Under the pieces are notes generated by a model, which worked only from the letters and a program-made list of their open reading frames with translations, had not been told where the DNA came from and searched no databases. DNA of 64,000 nt. Source: Candidatus Omnitrophota bacterium (GTDB lineage Bacteria; Omnitrophota; Gorgyraeia; 2-01-FULL-45-10). The translations under genes and the position numbers were made by a program. The stretch covers positions 3,748-67,747 of the forward strand of contig JAFGRN010000002.1 of the NCBI GenBank assembly GCA_016935115.1. Reading direction: 5' to 3'. Shown here piece by piece: positions 1 through 10,052 of this stretch. Numbering within the stretch: the first letter of the stretch is position 1; every line of letters begins with the position of its first letter.

Positions 1-1128
1 CAGTGAGAGGGAGCGAAAAACGGGCTTGTGCGGTTCGTAGGCGAATTCGACATTTTCGAAGTTTATCTCACCGGAGAGCTTCCGGAAATCTCTGGCCCCC
101 GATATAACCGTCATCTTTCCCCGGGTATCGGACATATTTTCATAGTTATTAAGCGCCGCGACATCGGAAAGCGCGGTCGAACGCATGGCATTCAATTGAT
201 TCAACTGCGCGAGCATCTTGACAAGTATCAACATATACGCAGCTACGGACGGGAGCGATGCCGCCATGTCAATTCGAATGACATTCAGGAGGACCAGAAA
301 CGAAATCGTAATCAGGCCGAAGATCACGGTTTCGGATAATGGAACAAGCATGTTGATTTCATGGCTTAAGTCACACTGGCACCTGTACATATCATTCGCC
401 ACAGCGCGGAAGTTCCTGCGCTCTTCTTCCTCCGTCCCTCTCTCCTTGATAAGGCGTATGCCGTTCAATATCTCGAGCATCTTGAAGCTGAAATCTCTGA
501 TCACAGAGGAGCGCCTTTCACCGACACGGGCCAGGCGCTTCATCAGGATCTCGAGAGGCAGGAGAACAACCGCTATCATTATGGATAAAAAGACGCTTGC
601 CTTCCATGATATCAGGAAGAGCACCACAACAAAGGTCGCGACACGGGTAATGAGAAACCCAAGGCTGAGAACGCTCATGATAAAACTGCCGATACGGATA
701 GTCTCGGCATCTATATGCGCGGTCAGATAACCTGTTTTGGCCCGGTCAAAGTAAGCCATGTCATACCCTATCAGGCGATCCACCAGCGAAGCTGAAAGGT
801 CGCGCGTAACCGTCAACCGCAGACGCATGATAAGTGTCGTCGAGAAGTAGAGAAAGACGTTCTTCAGGCAGAGCGCCAGAAAGATGACTACAAACATTAT
901 GCTGATGGCCTTCTCCTGCGAAAGTATGGAGCCAACGGGCAGAAACTTTTGCATTAGGACGAGGATACGACTGCTTTCCGCGGAGTTTATCATGCTCTGG
1001 ATAAGCGGGACGAGCATGCCGAAGCTTATGCCTTCGAAGAGCGCGGTCCCCAGCATGGAAAAAAAGGCCATGCAGGTCATTGCGGGATATCGTTTCAGAT
1101 ATCGAAAAGCAGCCATTATTATCTTCAC
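1..1128 (-). CDS. ABC transporter, fused permease/ATP-binding type-I exporter (MsbA/PglK-like); partial, with the C-terminus beyond the window start
   Basis: Manual minus-strand translation from 1116/1128 downward is open to position 1. A hydrophobic multi-helix N-terminal region is followed by the start of a nucleotide-binding domain (…GEINFENVEFAYEPHKPVFRSLSL) at the window edge. GAGGGAGG lies upstream; the GTG at 1128 overlaps the TGA of the upstream gene (GTGA), with an alternative ATG at 1116. The track omits it because no stop falls inside the window. Confidence 0.6.
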   Translation of the reverse strand, partial: MKIIMAAFRYLKRYPAMTCMAFFSMLGTALFEGISFGMLVPLIQSMINSAESSRILVLMQKFLPVGSILSQEKAISIMFVVIFLALCLKNVFLYFSTTLIMRLRLTVTRDLSASLVDRLIGYDMAYFDRAKTGYLTAHIDAETIRIGSFIMSVLSLGFLITRVATFVVVLFLISWKASVFLSIMIAVVLLPLEILMKRLARVGERRSSVIRDFSFKMLEILNGIRLIKERGTEEEERRNFRAVANDMYRCQCDLSHEINMLVPLSETVIFGLITISFLVLLNVIRIDMAASLPSVAAYMLILVKMLAQLNQLNAMRSTALSDVAALNNYENMSDTRGKMTVISGARDFRKLSGEINFENVEFAYEPHKPVFRSLSL

Positions 1129-3059
1129 AACGCCTCCCTCATCACATTCGTATTCTCCATTTCCCATAGGCCATGAGGTGTGTAAAAATCTTCATCTATC
1201 CTGTTGTCGGCGCGGTATTTCTTTACGACTCTTTCGAGGGACGCGTCCGCGTCACCGCTAACGGACTCTTCACGCATGAAATCCTGTATAAATTGCCCTA
1301 TCCTGCCTACAGCTTTGTCGTCGTCGAAATGATTTAGTATACGCCTCCATGCGGAAAGATCTCCTATGGTGGTATCGCCCTGGCTCGCCTTCACAATAGC
1401 CTGTTCCAATTCTCCCATGTCCCTGAAGATGAACTTCTGCTCCCTATCCCTGTAGCACGGGTAATGTAAAAATCCGGCGCTATCCCAGTGCACGGCGCGT
1501 TGGCCATAGATACCGGCCCATATTCCCGCCGTGTTGATCGAATAGCATATCGAAAGGTCCACCGCCGATGATGCGGTAAGGGGTGAATTTGAGGCATCCA
1601 TATATACCAGCCGTTTTTGGACAATGAGAGATTTCATCTTTTTCAATATCTCTTCTCCCCGCGGTAACCTTTCGATATCGGCCATGGTCCTGGACTTGCT
1701 CTTTACGATGCCGCCCCATTCCGCGTTCTTTTCCATAAGCGTGAATATCCTGATGTAAAATTCCGCTAGGGAGTGCTCATCCTGGTAGATATTGTATGCC
1801 GCGGAAGAATCGAAGACGGCAATAATGAATTTCAGTCCTTCTTTCAATCCCGCGATCGCGGAGCCTTCCTTGTGCCTGACCACGCATAGGCCCGACGGTA
1901 GTACATAGCGGCATGTATCGCCCCTCTTCTTTATCCACTCGTAGTTCATCCTGCCCCAGACGAAATATACATGCTGGAAATGCGCCACAGGAGTGATCAT
2001 ATAGTAGACGGAATTAGATCTGTGAAATCCTATCGCTATGCCGCCGGCGTCCTCCAGGGCTTCCAGCTGAGGCGCCTGCGTCCACTGGGTAATCTGATGC
2101 TGCATCAAAACCTTCACCTTGAAACGGCTGAAGACGGGCCTATACAACAGGTACCACATTCTGTATTCGAATTTAAATAACCTGAACCATAATGGCGCGT
2201 TCGCCGGGGATGAAAAAAACGCTCCAATCATATCAGTCAGCTCCCTGATGCCGATCCGGCTGAGTTTTACGAGTTGACGGAAATGGAGGTCTATCCATTT
2301 TAATCCGTCCCCCTCTATGTCTCTGATCTGTCTCTCCAGCGGGATATTGTCATTTCTGTCGAGATAGCAGACTATGTCAAACATCTTCTCATCCAGATGC
2401 CCGCGCCAAAACATATGATCTTCCGCGCAGTTCTGGGCGTACTCGACCCATACGGATGGTTTTGGTTCCGCTATATTGGTGTCCACCTTGCCGGCCAAAA
2501 GCCGATACACTATTATCGACCATAGCCGGTGAAACGGTTTCATATATTGCCTGATGTGCTCAAGCGGTATGATCGACTCTATGAGGAGATATCCCTTCTC
2601 CCTGTAATAAGGCATGATGACGGCATTCATAGGATGCCGTTCCAGGTATATTACATTAACGGAGTCCGTGTCTTTAAAGTCTCGTTCATGCCTGACCATG
2701 GTAATAAACGTCACGCGGTAAGTCAGGTACGCCGTGATGTGTAATCGCACCGCGTTATTGAACCTGGGCGAGTCGCTGCCTGTATATTTGTCGCAAAAAC
2801 GGGTCCGGCATATGTCCGTATCGTTTTCCATTTCGTAATTTATGGCATACCCATCCTCATCCCTCTTATCGAGCGAAAGCCCGGCTTTATGCACATTCCT
2901 GCAGAGCCCCCATCTCTGCAGGACATCCACCAGGAGCGTGGCGCCATAGGAGGCTTTATTCTCATCATATCGTATAGAGGCTCCTGATATGGCGGACTCC
3001 GCGCAGAGCGCGAGCAGATCCGGTATCCCTAATTTTTCAACCCAGATATTCTTCTTCAT
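1125..3059 (-). CDS. large (644 aa) unassigned transferase-like protein; possible glycosyl/phosphoglycosyl transferase (TagF/KpsC-like or Maf-like is only a guess)
   Basis: Long ORF in the gene-array orientation whose ATG at 3059 sits 3 nt after the upstream stop. I recognise no diagnostic motif. Size and context (between the ABC exporter and the sugar-tailoring genes) suggest a transferase. Confidence 0.4.
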   Translation of the reverse strand: MKKNIWVEKLGIPDLLALCAESAISGASIRYDENKASYGATLLVDVLQRWGLCRNVHKAGLSLDKRDEDGYAINYEMENDTDICRTRFCDKYTGSDSPRFNNAVRLHITAYLTYRVTFITMVRHERDFKDTDSVNVIYLERHPMNAVIMPYYREKGYLLIESIIPLEHIRQYMKPFHRLWSIIVYRLLAGKVDTNIAEPKPSVWVEYAQNCAEDHMFWRGHLDEKMFDIVCYLDRNDNIPLERQIRDIEGDGLKWIDLHFRQLVKLSRIGIRELTDMIGAFFSSPANAPLWFRLFKFEYRMWYLLYRPVFSRFKVKVLMQHQITQWTQAPQLEALEDAGGIAIGFHRSNSVYYMITPVAHFQHVYFVWGRMNYEWIKKRGDTCRYVLPSGLCVVRHKEGSAIAGLKEGLKFIIAVFDSSAAYNIYQDEHSLAEFYIRIFTLMEKNAEWGGIVKSKSRTMADIERLPRGEEILKKMKSLIVQKRLVYMDASNSPLTASSAVDLSICYSINTAGIWAGIYGQRAVHWDSAGFLHYPCYRDREQKFIFRDMGELEQAIVKASQGDTTIGDLSAWRRILNHFDDDKAVGRIGQFIQDFMREESVSGDADASLERVVKKYRADNRIDEDFYTPHGLWEMENTNVMREAL

Positions 3060-3062
3060 ATG

Positions 3063-4451
3063 CTATGTCTGCCTAAATCCCCTGAAGGCTCTGTCCTTTT
3101 CGGAGTACAATTTATGGGCCTGCTTCAATACGATAGCCGTTTTGTTCTTAAAATAGTTTCTTATCAGCGTCGAATTCGCGTCAAACAAAGCTTTATGAAA
3201 CTCCTCATCGGTCATATCGGTAAAGTTTACCGAGAGGAGCTCCGAGTTCAGGTGCCTCTTCTCGTAAAAGTCCTCGCAATCTTTGAGCAGTCCTTTTTCG
3301 ATCGCATGGTAATAGAGAGGCGAGCCCGGATACGGCGTAACTGGCCGTATGGTGCGCATCTGCGCGCCGTCGTCGTACTTAAGCAGGAATTCGACTCCCT
3401 TATTCAGCGTCTCCTTCGTCTCCCCTATGTTGCCGAAGATGATATTAAATCCGGGGCTTATGCCTTCGGCAAGAGTGGCCTCTATACCTTTCTTTATCTG
3501 TTCAGTATTAAGGGCTTTATTCATGTTCCGCAGGATTCTGTCATCGAAGGCCTCTATGCCGTAGTTTATGAAAACGCATCCCGCGCGCTTCATCGTCTTG
3601 ATGATCCTGGATTCGGCGTAATTCAACCTTCCGTTGCATTCCCATTTTATATTCAAACCCTCGCGGATGAAATCCTCGCACAGGCTTATGGTCCTCTCGC
3701 GGGAGGACATAAGGAGATCGTCTATGAAGTCGATGTAATTAATGCCATAATCTTTCTTCAGAAGTTTTATCTCATCGATGATACTCTTGTTCGAACGGGG
3801 GCGGAAACCTTCCTCGATCCGGTAGCAGAAGTTACATTTAAACGGGCACCCGCGGCCGGATATCATCGCCATGACAAAATCGGTGCTTGTGGAATGAGGT
3901 ATACGTATCAGCCTGTAGTAGTCCATGGGAAAGAGCTTATACGCCGGCAGCGGCAGCGAATCTATATCCTTTATGACCGGCCTGCGCGGATTGACGGAGA
4001 CATTGGCTCCGTCTCTGAAAGCTATGCCTTTTACTCCGCCCAACCCCTTGTGATTCGAGACGGCATCAAGGAGCTCCACTATAGTATCCTCCCCCTCGCC
4101 GATAACGACAGCATCGGCCTGTGTCTTCTTCAGGAAAAACTCCGGTTCAGGGGATGGCCCGTGGCCGCCCAGAATATAGAAAGGCCTCTGTTTTGACCGG
4201 TTGATCGCCTCAGAGATCTTCAATAGCTTCCGGTACTGGTAATAATTCCCAACTATGCTCATGCCCACAACATCGAATTTATTCTTATCGAGATAAGCGG
4301 TCAGGTGGCTGTCCGGATAATGGAACTTATCCTGGCTGTAGACCACAACGTCATGGCCGGCCTTTTTAAGCATAGCGGCGATATACGCGGTTCCTATAGG
4401 AAAGTAATGCACAAATGACTCGTTATCGTACACCACCAATAAAATTCGCAC
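3063..4451 (-). CDS. cobalamin-binding (class B) radical SAM enzyme, about 460 aa
   Basis: N-terminal B12-binding-like Rossmann region (MRILLVVYD…ILGGHGPS…VVIGEGE) followed by CxxxCxxC (GCPFKCNFCY). GTG start at 4451 preceded by AAGAGGG. Paralogous to 15901..17355, with a shared TIRPVTPYPG motif. Confidence 0.8.
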   Translation of the reverse strand: MRILLVVYDNESFVHYFPIGTAYIAAMLKKAGHDVVVYSQDKFHYPDSHLTAYLDKNKFDVVGMSIVGNYYQYRKLLKISEAINRSKQRPFYILGGHGPSPEPEFFLKKTQADAVVIGEGEDTIVELLDAVSNHKGLGGVKGIAFRDGANVSVNPRRPVIKDIDSLPLPAYKLFPMDYYRLIRIPHSTSTDFVMAMISGRGCPFKCNFCYRIEEGFRPRSNKSIIDEIKLLKKDYGINYIDFIDDLLMSSRERTISLCEDFIREGLNIKWECNGRLNYAESRIIKTMKRAGCVFINYGIEAFDDRILRNMNKALNTEQIKKGIEATLAEGISPGFNIIFGNIGETKETLNKGVEFLLKYDDGAQMRTIRPVTPYPGSPLYYHAIEKGLLKDCEDFYEKRHLNSELLSVNFTDMTDEEFHKALFDANSTLIRNYFKNKTAIVLKQAHKLYSEKDRAFRGFRQT

Positions 4452-4506
4452 GATCTTCAGCCCTCTTTCTTTGTAAATCCATGCGCCCCGACGCCATCGA
4501 CAGGCA

Positions 4507-5325
4507 TCATCTGGCCCACGCTTTGCTTACGGGAAACACGCCGGTTCCCGATCCGACATTCCATTCCGCCATGGCTATGCCATGCTCTTTCAGTACAGCT
4601 CTGGTTTCAGTAAGGCCACCCGCCATAAAGTTGAATAGATTAGCCGTCGAAACTGCCTGAACAGAACCCTTATTGATCGCTTCTGCCATATGGTCAAACC
4701 TTCCCGCGCCGCCTGATGCTATTATAGGTACGGGCGATACGGCGGAAGCTTTTCTCAGGGTCTCGATATCATACCCCTGGCCGGTCCCATCCCTATTCAT
4801 GGACGTCAGATATATCTCGCCCGCGCCCAAATCGACAGCGCGCCTCACAGCCGCCTCCACCGAGAGGTCCGTGTCAAAAGACCCGTTGTCCGTAACCACA
4901 TGTTCCCGGCCGTCGATTATTTTGTAGTCAATTGACGCTATTATCGACTGGCCACCGAACGTCCTCACCAGTGACTTTACCAGTTCCGCGTCTTTTATGA
5001 TCGCGGTATTGACAACCAGCTTATCCGCACCGGCATCGAATAGCCTGAAAGCCACATCGACCGAATTCACGCCACCACCCGCCGCTAACGGCATGAAGCA
5101 ATTTTTCGTCAGCTCCGAAACATTCCTGGAGAACAACTCTGTATCTTTCCGGCCCCTCTCGACATTCAGCACGACCAGTTCGTCAATGGAAAAGGCTATA
5201 GAGTTAAAATCATAATGCTCTTTTATCCAGCTCAGGCCACCCACCTTCTGCAACCTGAAATTCCGGCTCAACATGAAGACGCCTCTATCCATCAGCAATG
5301 TAAATATCAATCTGTGTTTTAACAT
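4507..5325 (-). CDS. HisF-like cyclase subunit of the N-acetyl-sugar amidotransferase system (WbuZ-like)
   Basis: TIM-barrel HisF-like sequence (…VVLNVERG…DAGADKLVVNTA…) paired with the adjacent HisH-like and WbuX-like genes; overlaps the upstream gene by 7 nt. Confidence 0.7.
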   Translation of the reverse strand: MLKHRLIFTLLMDRGVFMLSRNFRLQKVGGLSWIKEHYDFNSIAFSIDELVVLNVERGRKDTELFSRNVSELTKNCFMPLAAGGGVNSVDVAFRLFDAGADKLVVNTAIIKDAELVKSLVRTFGGQSIIASIDYKIIDGREHVVTDNGSFDTDLSVEAAVRRAVDLGAGEIYLTSMNRDGTGQGYDIETLRKASAVSPVPIIASGGAGRFDHMAEAINKGSVQAVSTANLFNFMAGGLTETRAVLKEHGIAMAEWNVGSGTGVFPVSKAWAR

Positions 5326-5942
5326 ATTCTTTCGTAAGACGCGAAATTCTTAAGCACCCTCAGGCCGCTGTGCTGGCTCTTTTCGGGATGGAACTGGGTC
5401 CCGAATACGTTTTCGCGGCAAATGCTGCTGGCAAACCTCTCGCCATTATCGGTCCAGGAAGATATATCCGATTCGCAGCTGCAATTTAACACATAACTGT
5501 GCACAAAGTAGAAATCGGCGCGGGCTTCAAGACCTTCAAACAGGACATTGTCGCTCCGTGAAAAATACGCCGTATTAAATCCTATGTGGGGAACCTTGAA
5601 ACCTTCCTTCGGGCTGATCCTGCGTACGTGCCCGCGGATCCACCCGAAACCGTCTTTCGGGCCATCCTCATCCCCTGATTCGGCGAAGAGCTGCATGCCG
5701 AGACAGATGCCCAGTATCGGTACCTTTCTCATGAGCACGGCCGTATTGATCGGCTTTAGAAACCCAAGCCTCTCTATGTTCCCCATAGCCTTTGCGAAAG
5801 AACCGACGCCCGGTAATATCAACTTCTGGCTCCCGGCAACCTGTTCTGGAGAGCTGATCACCTCATTTTCAATTCCGAGATAAGCCAGGGCATTCTGAAT
5901 CGACTTTATATTACCCATGCCGTAATTAACGATCGAGATCAT
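5319..5942 (-). CDS. HisH-like glutamine amidotransferase subunit (WbuY-like)
   Basis: Class-I GATase motifs: MISIVNYGMGN start, catalytic GICLGMQ, and C-terminal FHPEKS. Confidence 0.75.
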   Translation of the reverse strand: MISIVNYGMGNIKSIQNALAYLGIENEVISSPEQVAGSQKLILPGVGSFAKAMGNIERLGFLKPINTAVLMRKVPILGICLGMQLFAESGDEDGPKDGFGWIRGHVRRISPKEGFKVPHIGFNTAYFSRSDNVLFEGLEARADFYFVHSYVLNCSCESDISSWTDNGERFASSICRENVFGTQFHPEKSQHSGLRVLKNFASYERIC

Positions 5943-5964
5943 GCCTGTGGCTTATCGGCCAAGT

Positions 5965-7077
5965 TTAATGGGGAGTAAATACCGGAACCCATCTGCCGTT
6001 TTCCTTCCTGAATATTTTTTTGTTCACGATACCATCAAGCGTGGCATCAAACTCTTCCTTTGTCATTCTGAAATACTTGAGATACTCCTCTATGTACGGT
6101 TCCGGATATTCGCCGTCATACCTCTTCACAAGCTCAACCGCCTGTTTGCGTGTTATGGAGCCGCGGCGTATATCTATCCCCACATCCTGGGAACACCTGC
6201 CGAACCCGTACTTCAGGTACATCAGGTACGTCTGAAGAACATAAAGACTTGTATCTGTCTGGGCAAAATTGCCATAGGTTCCAATACACCGTTCCGTTTC
6301 TTCCTGAAGACCATACTTCTCCTTCGCGAGTAAATAATGCTCATAGGGATCCCAATTTTCAAAATATGACCAGTGGGCAACTGCCGGCTTCAGCTTGTTA
6401 AGCTCCTCTCTGGACGGAAAGAGCCACCAATACAGCTCCTTCTCGGAAAATTTTCCTATCATCTCCTGCGGATTAAAACCACTCAGGTATATATCCATAC
6501 TATACTCCTGATCGTAACACGCTCCTTTCTCCTGTTTTAGCTTTGAAGTTCCCCCGTACTCAGTCTCCCCCTCCTCACCAAACATGACAAAAGGTATATC
6601 CAATAGAACGGCTATTTTAAATATCACGGTCTGCAGGGCAATCAGCCACTGAAAATACCCCTGGCCCCGTTTTATAAAATACTCCCTATCAATTACCCTG
6701 CCCACTTCAGGGTTAGGTGTTACGTGTATATGGTCGTACCCGCACTTGATAAAATTCTCCAGGTTCTTCTTCCCGATCTCAAACTCAAGCGGGGGCCTGA
6801 CGGTAACCCCCAATGTACGCATTCCCATTTTCTCCTTCATCATATATGCAACGTATGAACTGTCCTTGCCGCCGCTGACCGGAAGGATACAATCAAATTT
6901 TGAATTAGAACGATTTCTGTACTTATCGCATAACTCCTCTAAGTACTTCCAGCGCGTTTTCCAGTCTACCCCGGCCTTCTTCTCTTCCGCCCAGCAACAG
7001 GCATTACAGACCCCGTCTTTATTAAATGTTATCCTTGGCCTGGTTTCCGGCATCAAGCATCGAGTACAATACTTCAT
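5965..7077 (-). CDS. N-acetyl sugar amidotransferase (WbuX/PseA/WbpG family, PP-loop ATP pyrophosphatase)
   Basis: N-terminal Zn-ribbon (CTRC…CNAC) and PP-loop SGGKDSSY; the family is known to form acetamidino groups on amino sugars together with HisH/HisF-like partners. Confidence 0.75.
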   Translation of the reverse strand: MKYCTRCLMPETRPRITFNKDGVCNACCWAEEKKAGVDWKTRWKYLEELCDKYRNRSNSKFDCILPVSGGKDSSYVAYMMKEKMGMRTLGVTVRPPLEFEIGKKNLENFIKCGYDHIHVTPNPEVGRVIDREYFIKRGQGYFQWLIALQTVIFKIAVLLDIPFVMFGEEGETEYGGTSKLKQEKGACYDQEYSMDIYLSGFNPQEMIGKFSEKELYWWLFPSREELNKLKPAVAHWSYFENWDPYEHYLLAKEKYGLQEETERCIGTYGNFAQTDTSLYVLQTYLMYLKYGFGRCSQDVGIDIRRGSITRKQAVELVKRYDGEYPEPYIEEYLKYFRMTKEEFDATLDGIVNKKIFRKENGRWVPVFTPH

Positions 7078-7784
7078 CGGATCGATCCTCCTCTTTTCAT
7101 TAGTAACTCCGCAAGTTTCCAGTCCAACTTATCGTCTATATCTACCGACCGCTCCCTGGGCATCACGTACGCGTATGTATGATCGCCGAACCATCCTCTC
7201 CTCTTCCTGAGATAATCGGTATATGCGACGTAAACCGCTCCGTTCAGCCTGTAAAGAGACGGCAGTTCCTGCTTATTCTTGTTCTCGGACTCAAGCCTGA
7301 CAAAATCTTTCATGCATCTGTCTTTCGGCAGGGTATTCGTCCAGTACGGATGATGCTCCGTTTCACATACTGAAACGACCGCCCGGGCATTCTTCAGGAA
7401 TAATTCCCTGATGGCATTATCTATGTCCGACGGCAGTCTTAAAGGGGACGTCGGCTGTAATAGCACTACGACGTCATATTTTGCTCCTTCTTGGAAAACC
7501 CGGCCAAGCGCATGGTCGATAACATCTATTGTCTTCGCGCTGTCCGTCGCCAGCTTTCTCGGCCTCAAAAACGGAACACATGCCCCGTGCCTCTTTGACA
7601 TCCGCGCGATGAATCTGCTGTCTGTGCTCACCAGCACTTCATCCAGGTAACGGCTCTTCTTTGCCTGCTCTATGGCATGCACGGTCAACGGCTTACCGCA
7701 AAGATCGCGCGCATTCTTTCCGGGGAGCCTCCTGGATCCGCTCCTCGCCGGTATTACCCCTATTATCCTCTTGCCTTTGAACAT
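7074..7784 (-). CDS. CMP-nonulosonate synthetase (acylneuraminate cytidylyltransferase family, LegF/NeuA-like)
   Basis: N-terminal IGVIPARSGSRRLPGKN motif typical of CMP-sugar cytidylyltransferases; ATGA overlap with the upstream gene. Confidence 0.7.
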   Translation of the reverse strand: MFKGKRIIGVIPARSGSRRLPGKNARDLCGKPLTVHAIEQAKKSRYLDEVLVSTDSRFIARMSKRHGACVPFLRPRKLATDSAKTIDVIDHALGRVFQEGAKYDVVVLLQPTSPLRLPSDIDNAIRELFLKNARAVVSVCETEHHPYWTNTLPKDRCMKDFVRLESENKNKQELPSLYRLNGAVYVAYTDYLRKRRGWFGDHTYAYVMPRERSVDIDDKLDWKLAELLMKRGGSIR

Positions 7785-7789
7785 ATTGC

Positions 7790-8860
7790 CTATATCCCCA
7801 ATTGTTTCAGGCTGTCTTTATACTCCTCCCACTGGCCTATATCAAACCATCCGCTGAAGATTGTATATACGCTCACCTTGTCCTTCTTCGCCACCGTTTC
7901 TATCAGCTCGTTTATATCCATCTTTTTGTTATCCGGAATGTACGACAAAACCCTCGGCTCAATAACATAGACGCCCGTGTTGATGATAACATCGTGCACC
8001 GGCTTCTCTACCATCTTCTTAAGCTTTCCATCCGATACTTCCAGGACGCCGAACGGTATCTTCACTTCATTGTGGCAGCCGACTATTGTTATCGCGGCAT
8101 CGTACTGTGAATGCCACTTCAGGAGTTGCGCAAAGTCCGCGGCAAGCAGTGAATCGCAATTGGTGACGAAGAATGTTTCCTTCAATTTCTCTCTCAATAA
8201 TGAAAGGCTTCCTATGGTGCCAAGATAATTTTTCTCTTCGACCCAATTGAGTTTATAGGAAGAAAAATCGTTCTCCTGCAGAAATATCTTTATATACTCC
8301 TTTTTATAATTCAACGTATAGTTAAAGTTGTGAAAGCCGTGCTTATAAAACTTCTCCATTATAAGCTCAATGACGGTCTTATCTCCTATGGGAATCAGCG
8401 GCTTGGGGAGTATCTTGGTGAATGGGTCCAGCCGTAATCCCTTACCACCGGCCATTATCACTACGGGGTTCGATTTGAGCGCGGCCTGTAATGGAACGAC
8501 ATCTTTATCAAAAATATCGATCCATCGGATCATGTCTTCTATGACACCATCTCTATTGACAATGGGAATCTGCTCAAGCTTGTCGTTGAACATGATCTCT
8601 TTCACATGGTACATAAGATTATCCATGTCGCTATCCACCTTCACAAAATCCCTGCGCATCAATTTACTGATCCCGTCTTTAAAAGCGCACCCGTGAATGA
8701 TCCCGCGACGGATATCGCCATCGGTGACGGTTCCCACCAGTTTATTCCCTTCCTCGACAACGAAGAGTATCCGTTCCGCGGTATAATCAAGTTTTTGCAT
8801 AGCCTCTTTTATGCTCATATCAGCAGAAACCAGAATAGACTGCAATTTTACACTGTCCAT
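7790..8860 (-). CDS. CBS-domain-containing sugar-phosphate nucleotidyltransferase (PtmE-like)
   Basis: Tandem CBS region followed by the nucleotidyltransferase motif VVIMAGGKGLRLDPFTKILPKPLI. The track start at 8884 is a GTG inside the upstream gene; the ATG at 8860 has the Shine-Dalgarno sequence AAGGGGA 8 nt upstream. Confidence 0.65.
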   Translation of the reverse strand: MDSVKLQSILVSADMSIKEAMQKLDYTAERILFVVEEGNKLVGTVTDGDIRRGIIHGCAFKDGISKLMRRDFVKVDSDMDNLMYHVKEIMFNDKLEQIPIVNRDGVIEDMIRWIDIFDKDVVPLQAALKSNPVVIMAGGKGLRLDPFTKILPKPLIPIGDKTVIELIMEKFYKHGFHNFNYTLNYKKEYIKIFLQENDFSSYKLNWVEEKNYLGTIGSLSLLREKLKETFFVTNCDSLLAADFAQLLKWHSQYDAAITIVGCHNEVKIPFGVLEVSDGKLKKMVEKPVHDVIINTGVYVIEPRVLSYIPDNKKMDINELIETVAKKDKVSVYTIFSGWFDIGQWEEYKDSLKQLGI

Positions 8861-8873
8861 GGACTTTATCCCC

Positions 8874-10052
8874 TTATTTACCACTGATCCTTAACGGAAT
8901 ATCATAAAAACTTTTTTTGGTCCATTTTTCAAACTTATGTTTCTTAAGTATCGTCCATATTTTCAACGATGCGTTTCTCCCCTCATACGAATTTTTAACG
9001 TTCCTGAGACTATTCTGAAACTTCGCCGAATACAGCTCTTTCAGAGCCCTTACTATATCGGATCTCAAGGGACGGCAATCAATAACACTTCTTGACTTGA
9101 TCCTCCCTCTTTGACGGCTGCCTATATTGATAGTTCCCACTCTGAAGCTCGGCGCCTCCATTATACCGCTGGAGGAATTTCCCACAACGGCGTCCACAAT
9201 TCTCATCGCCGACAGATAATTAAGGCGCCCCATAGACGTAAACGCTTCGGCCCTGTCGGGTCTCATGGAAACATATTCATCTATCATACGATTAACTATT
9301 TTTCCGCCGCTGTCCGCATTTGCCTTGGTGAATATCAAATGCGTACTGTTAAGTCCGTCAAGTGCGCTGAGCAGGTTTTTAAATTGCCATCCCGCGCTTC
9401 CATCCTCCAGTGTAGCCGGATGAAAGGTAATCAACAGGTTACGCCTGTCAAAGTTTATCCTCAGTTTCTTTTTCAACTGATCTCTGGTCAGAAAGGGCAT
9501 GTCTTTTAGGCCATCCAGTCCCGGCGCGCCTACGTTAAATACGCATTCGGGCGACTCTCCAAGCTGTATCACTCTTCTTCTGTACTCCTCGGTAGCGGTG
9601 AAATGCAGCTGGCTCATCTTGGTTATGGAATGGCGAAATGCATCATCTATAACTCCTTCTGTCAACTCTCCCCCGTGTATATGCGCTACCGGTATGCAGG
9701 CAACATGAGCGGCGGCAACAGCACCGAATATTTCAAATCTGTCACCCAGGACAACCACTACATCCGGCTTCATCTCCTCATAAGCGGCGGCAAAACCGGA
9801 TATTGCCATAGCCATTGATCCGGAAATACCGACAGCAGTATCGGATATCAAATTAATATCTACCTTTCTATCAATGCAAAAACTATCTTTTTCGATCTCC
9901 TTATACGTAAACCCGAATTCTTTTTTGAGATGCGCCCCGGTAACTGCTAATTGCAGCTTTAGATCCCCGTCATTTTTTATCTTCTCAAGAAACGGCCTCA
10001 GCAACCCGTATTCAGCTCTTGATCCTGTAACAACGAAGATTTTTCTTTTCAT
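8874..10052 (-). CDS. UDP-N-acetylglucosamine 2-epimerase (hydrolysing), NeuC/LegG family
   Basis: MKRKIFVVTGSRAEYGLL… N-terminus and overall length are typical of NeuC-type hydrolysing 2-epimerases. Confidence 0.75.
   Translation of the reverse strand: MKRKIFVVTGSRAEYGLLRPFLEKIKNDGDLKLQLAVTGAHLKKEFGFTYKEIEKDSFCIDRKVDINLISDTAVGISGSMAMAISGFAAAYEEMKPDVVVVLGDRFEIFGAVAAAHVACIPVAHIHGGELTEGVIDDAFRHSITKMSQLHFTATEEYRRRVIQLGESPECVFNVGAPGLDGLKDMPFLTRDQLKKKLRINFDRRNLLITFHPATLEDGSAGWQFKNLLSALDGLNSTHLIFTKANADSGGKIVNRMIDEYVSMRPDRAEAFTSMGRLNYLSAMRIVDAVVGNSSSGIMEAPSFRVGTINIGSRQRGRIKSRSVIDCRPLRSDIVRALKELYSAKFQNSLRNVKNSYEGRNASLKIWTILKKHKFEKWTKKSFYDIPLRISGK

Noticed and set aside
28-1261. Plus-strand ORFs 28..339, 218..730 and 884..1261 at the window start
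   Set aside because: The minus strand across 1..1128 translates without stops into an ABC-exporter TMD plus NBD start in frame with a GTG/ATG at 1128/1116. The plus-strand ORFs are antisense artefacts.
4452-4506. 55-bp intercistronic gap between the HisF-like gene and the downstream radical SAM gene, considered as a possible internal terminator or promoter
   Set aside because: No convincing GC-rich hairpin followed by a T-tract and no -35/-10 pair. It looks like a simple spacer carrying the Shine-Dalgarno sequence (AAGAGGG) for the GTG-initiated radical SAM gene.
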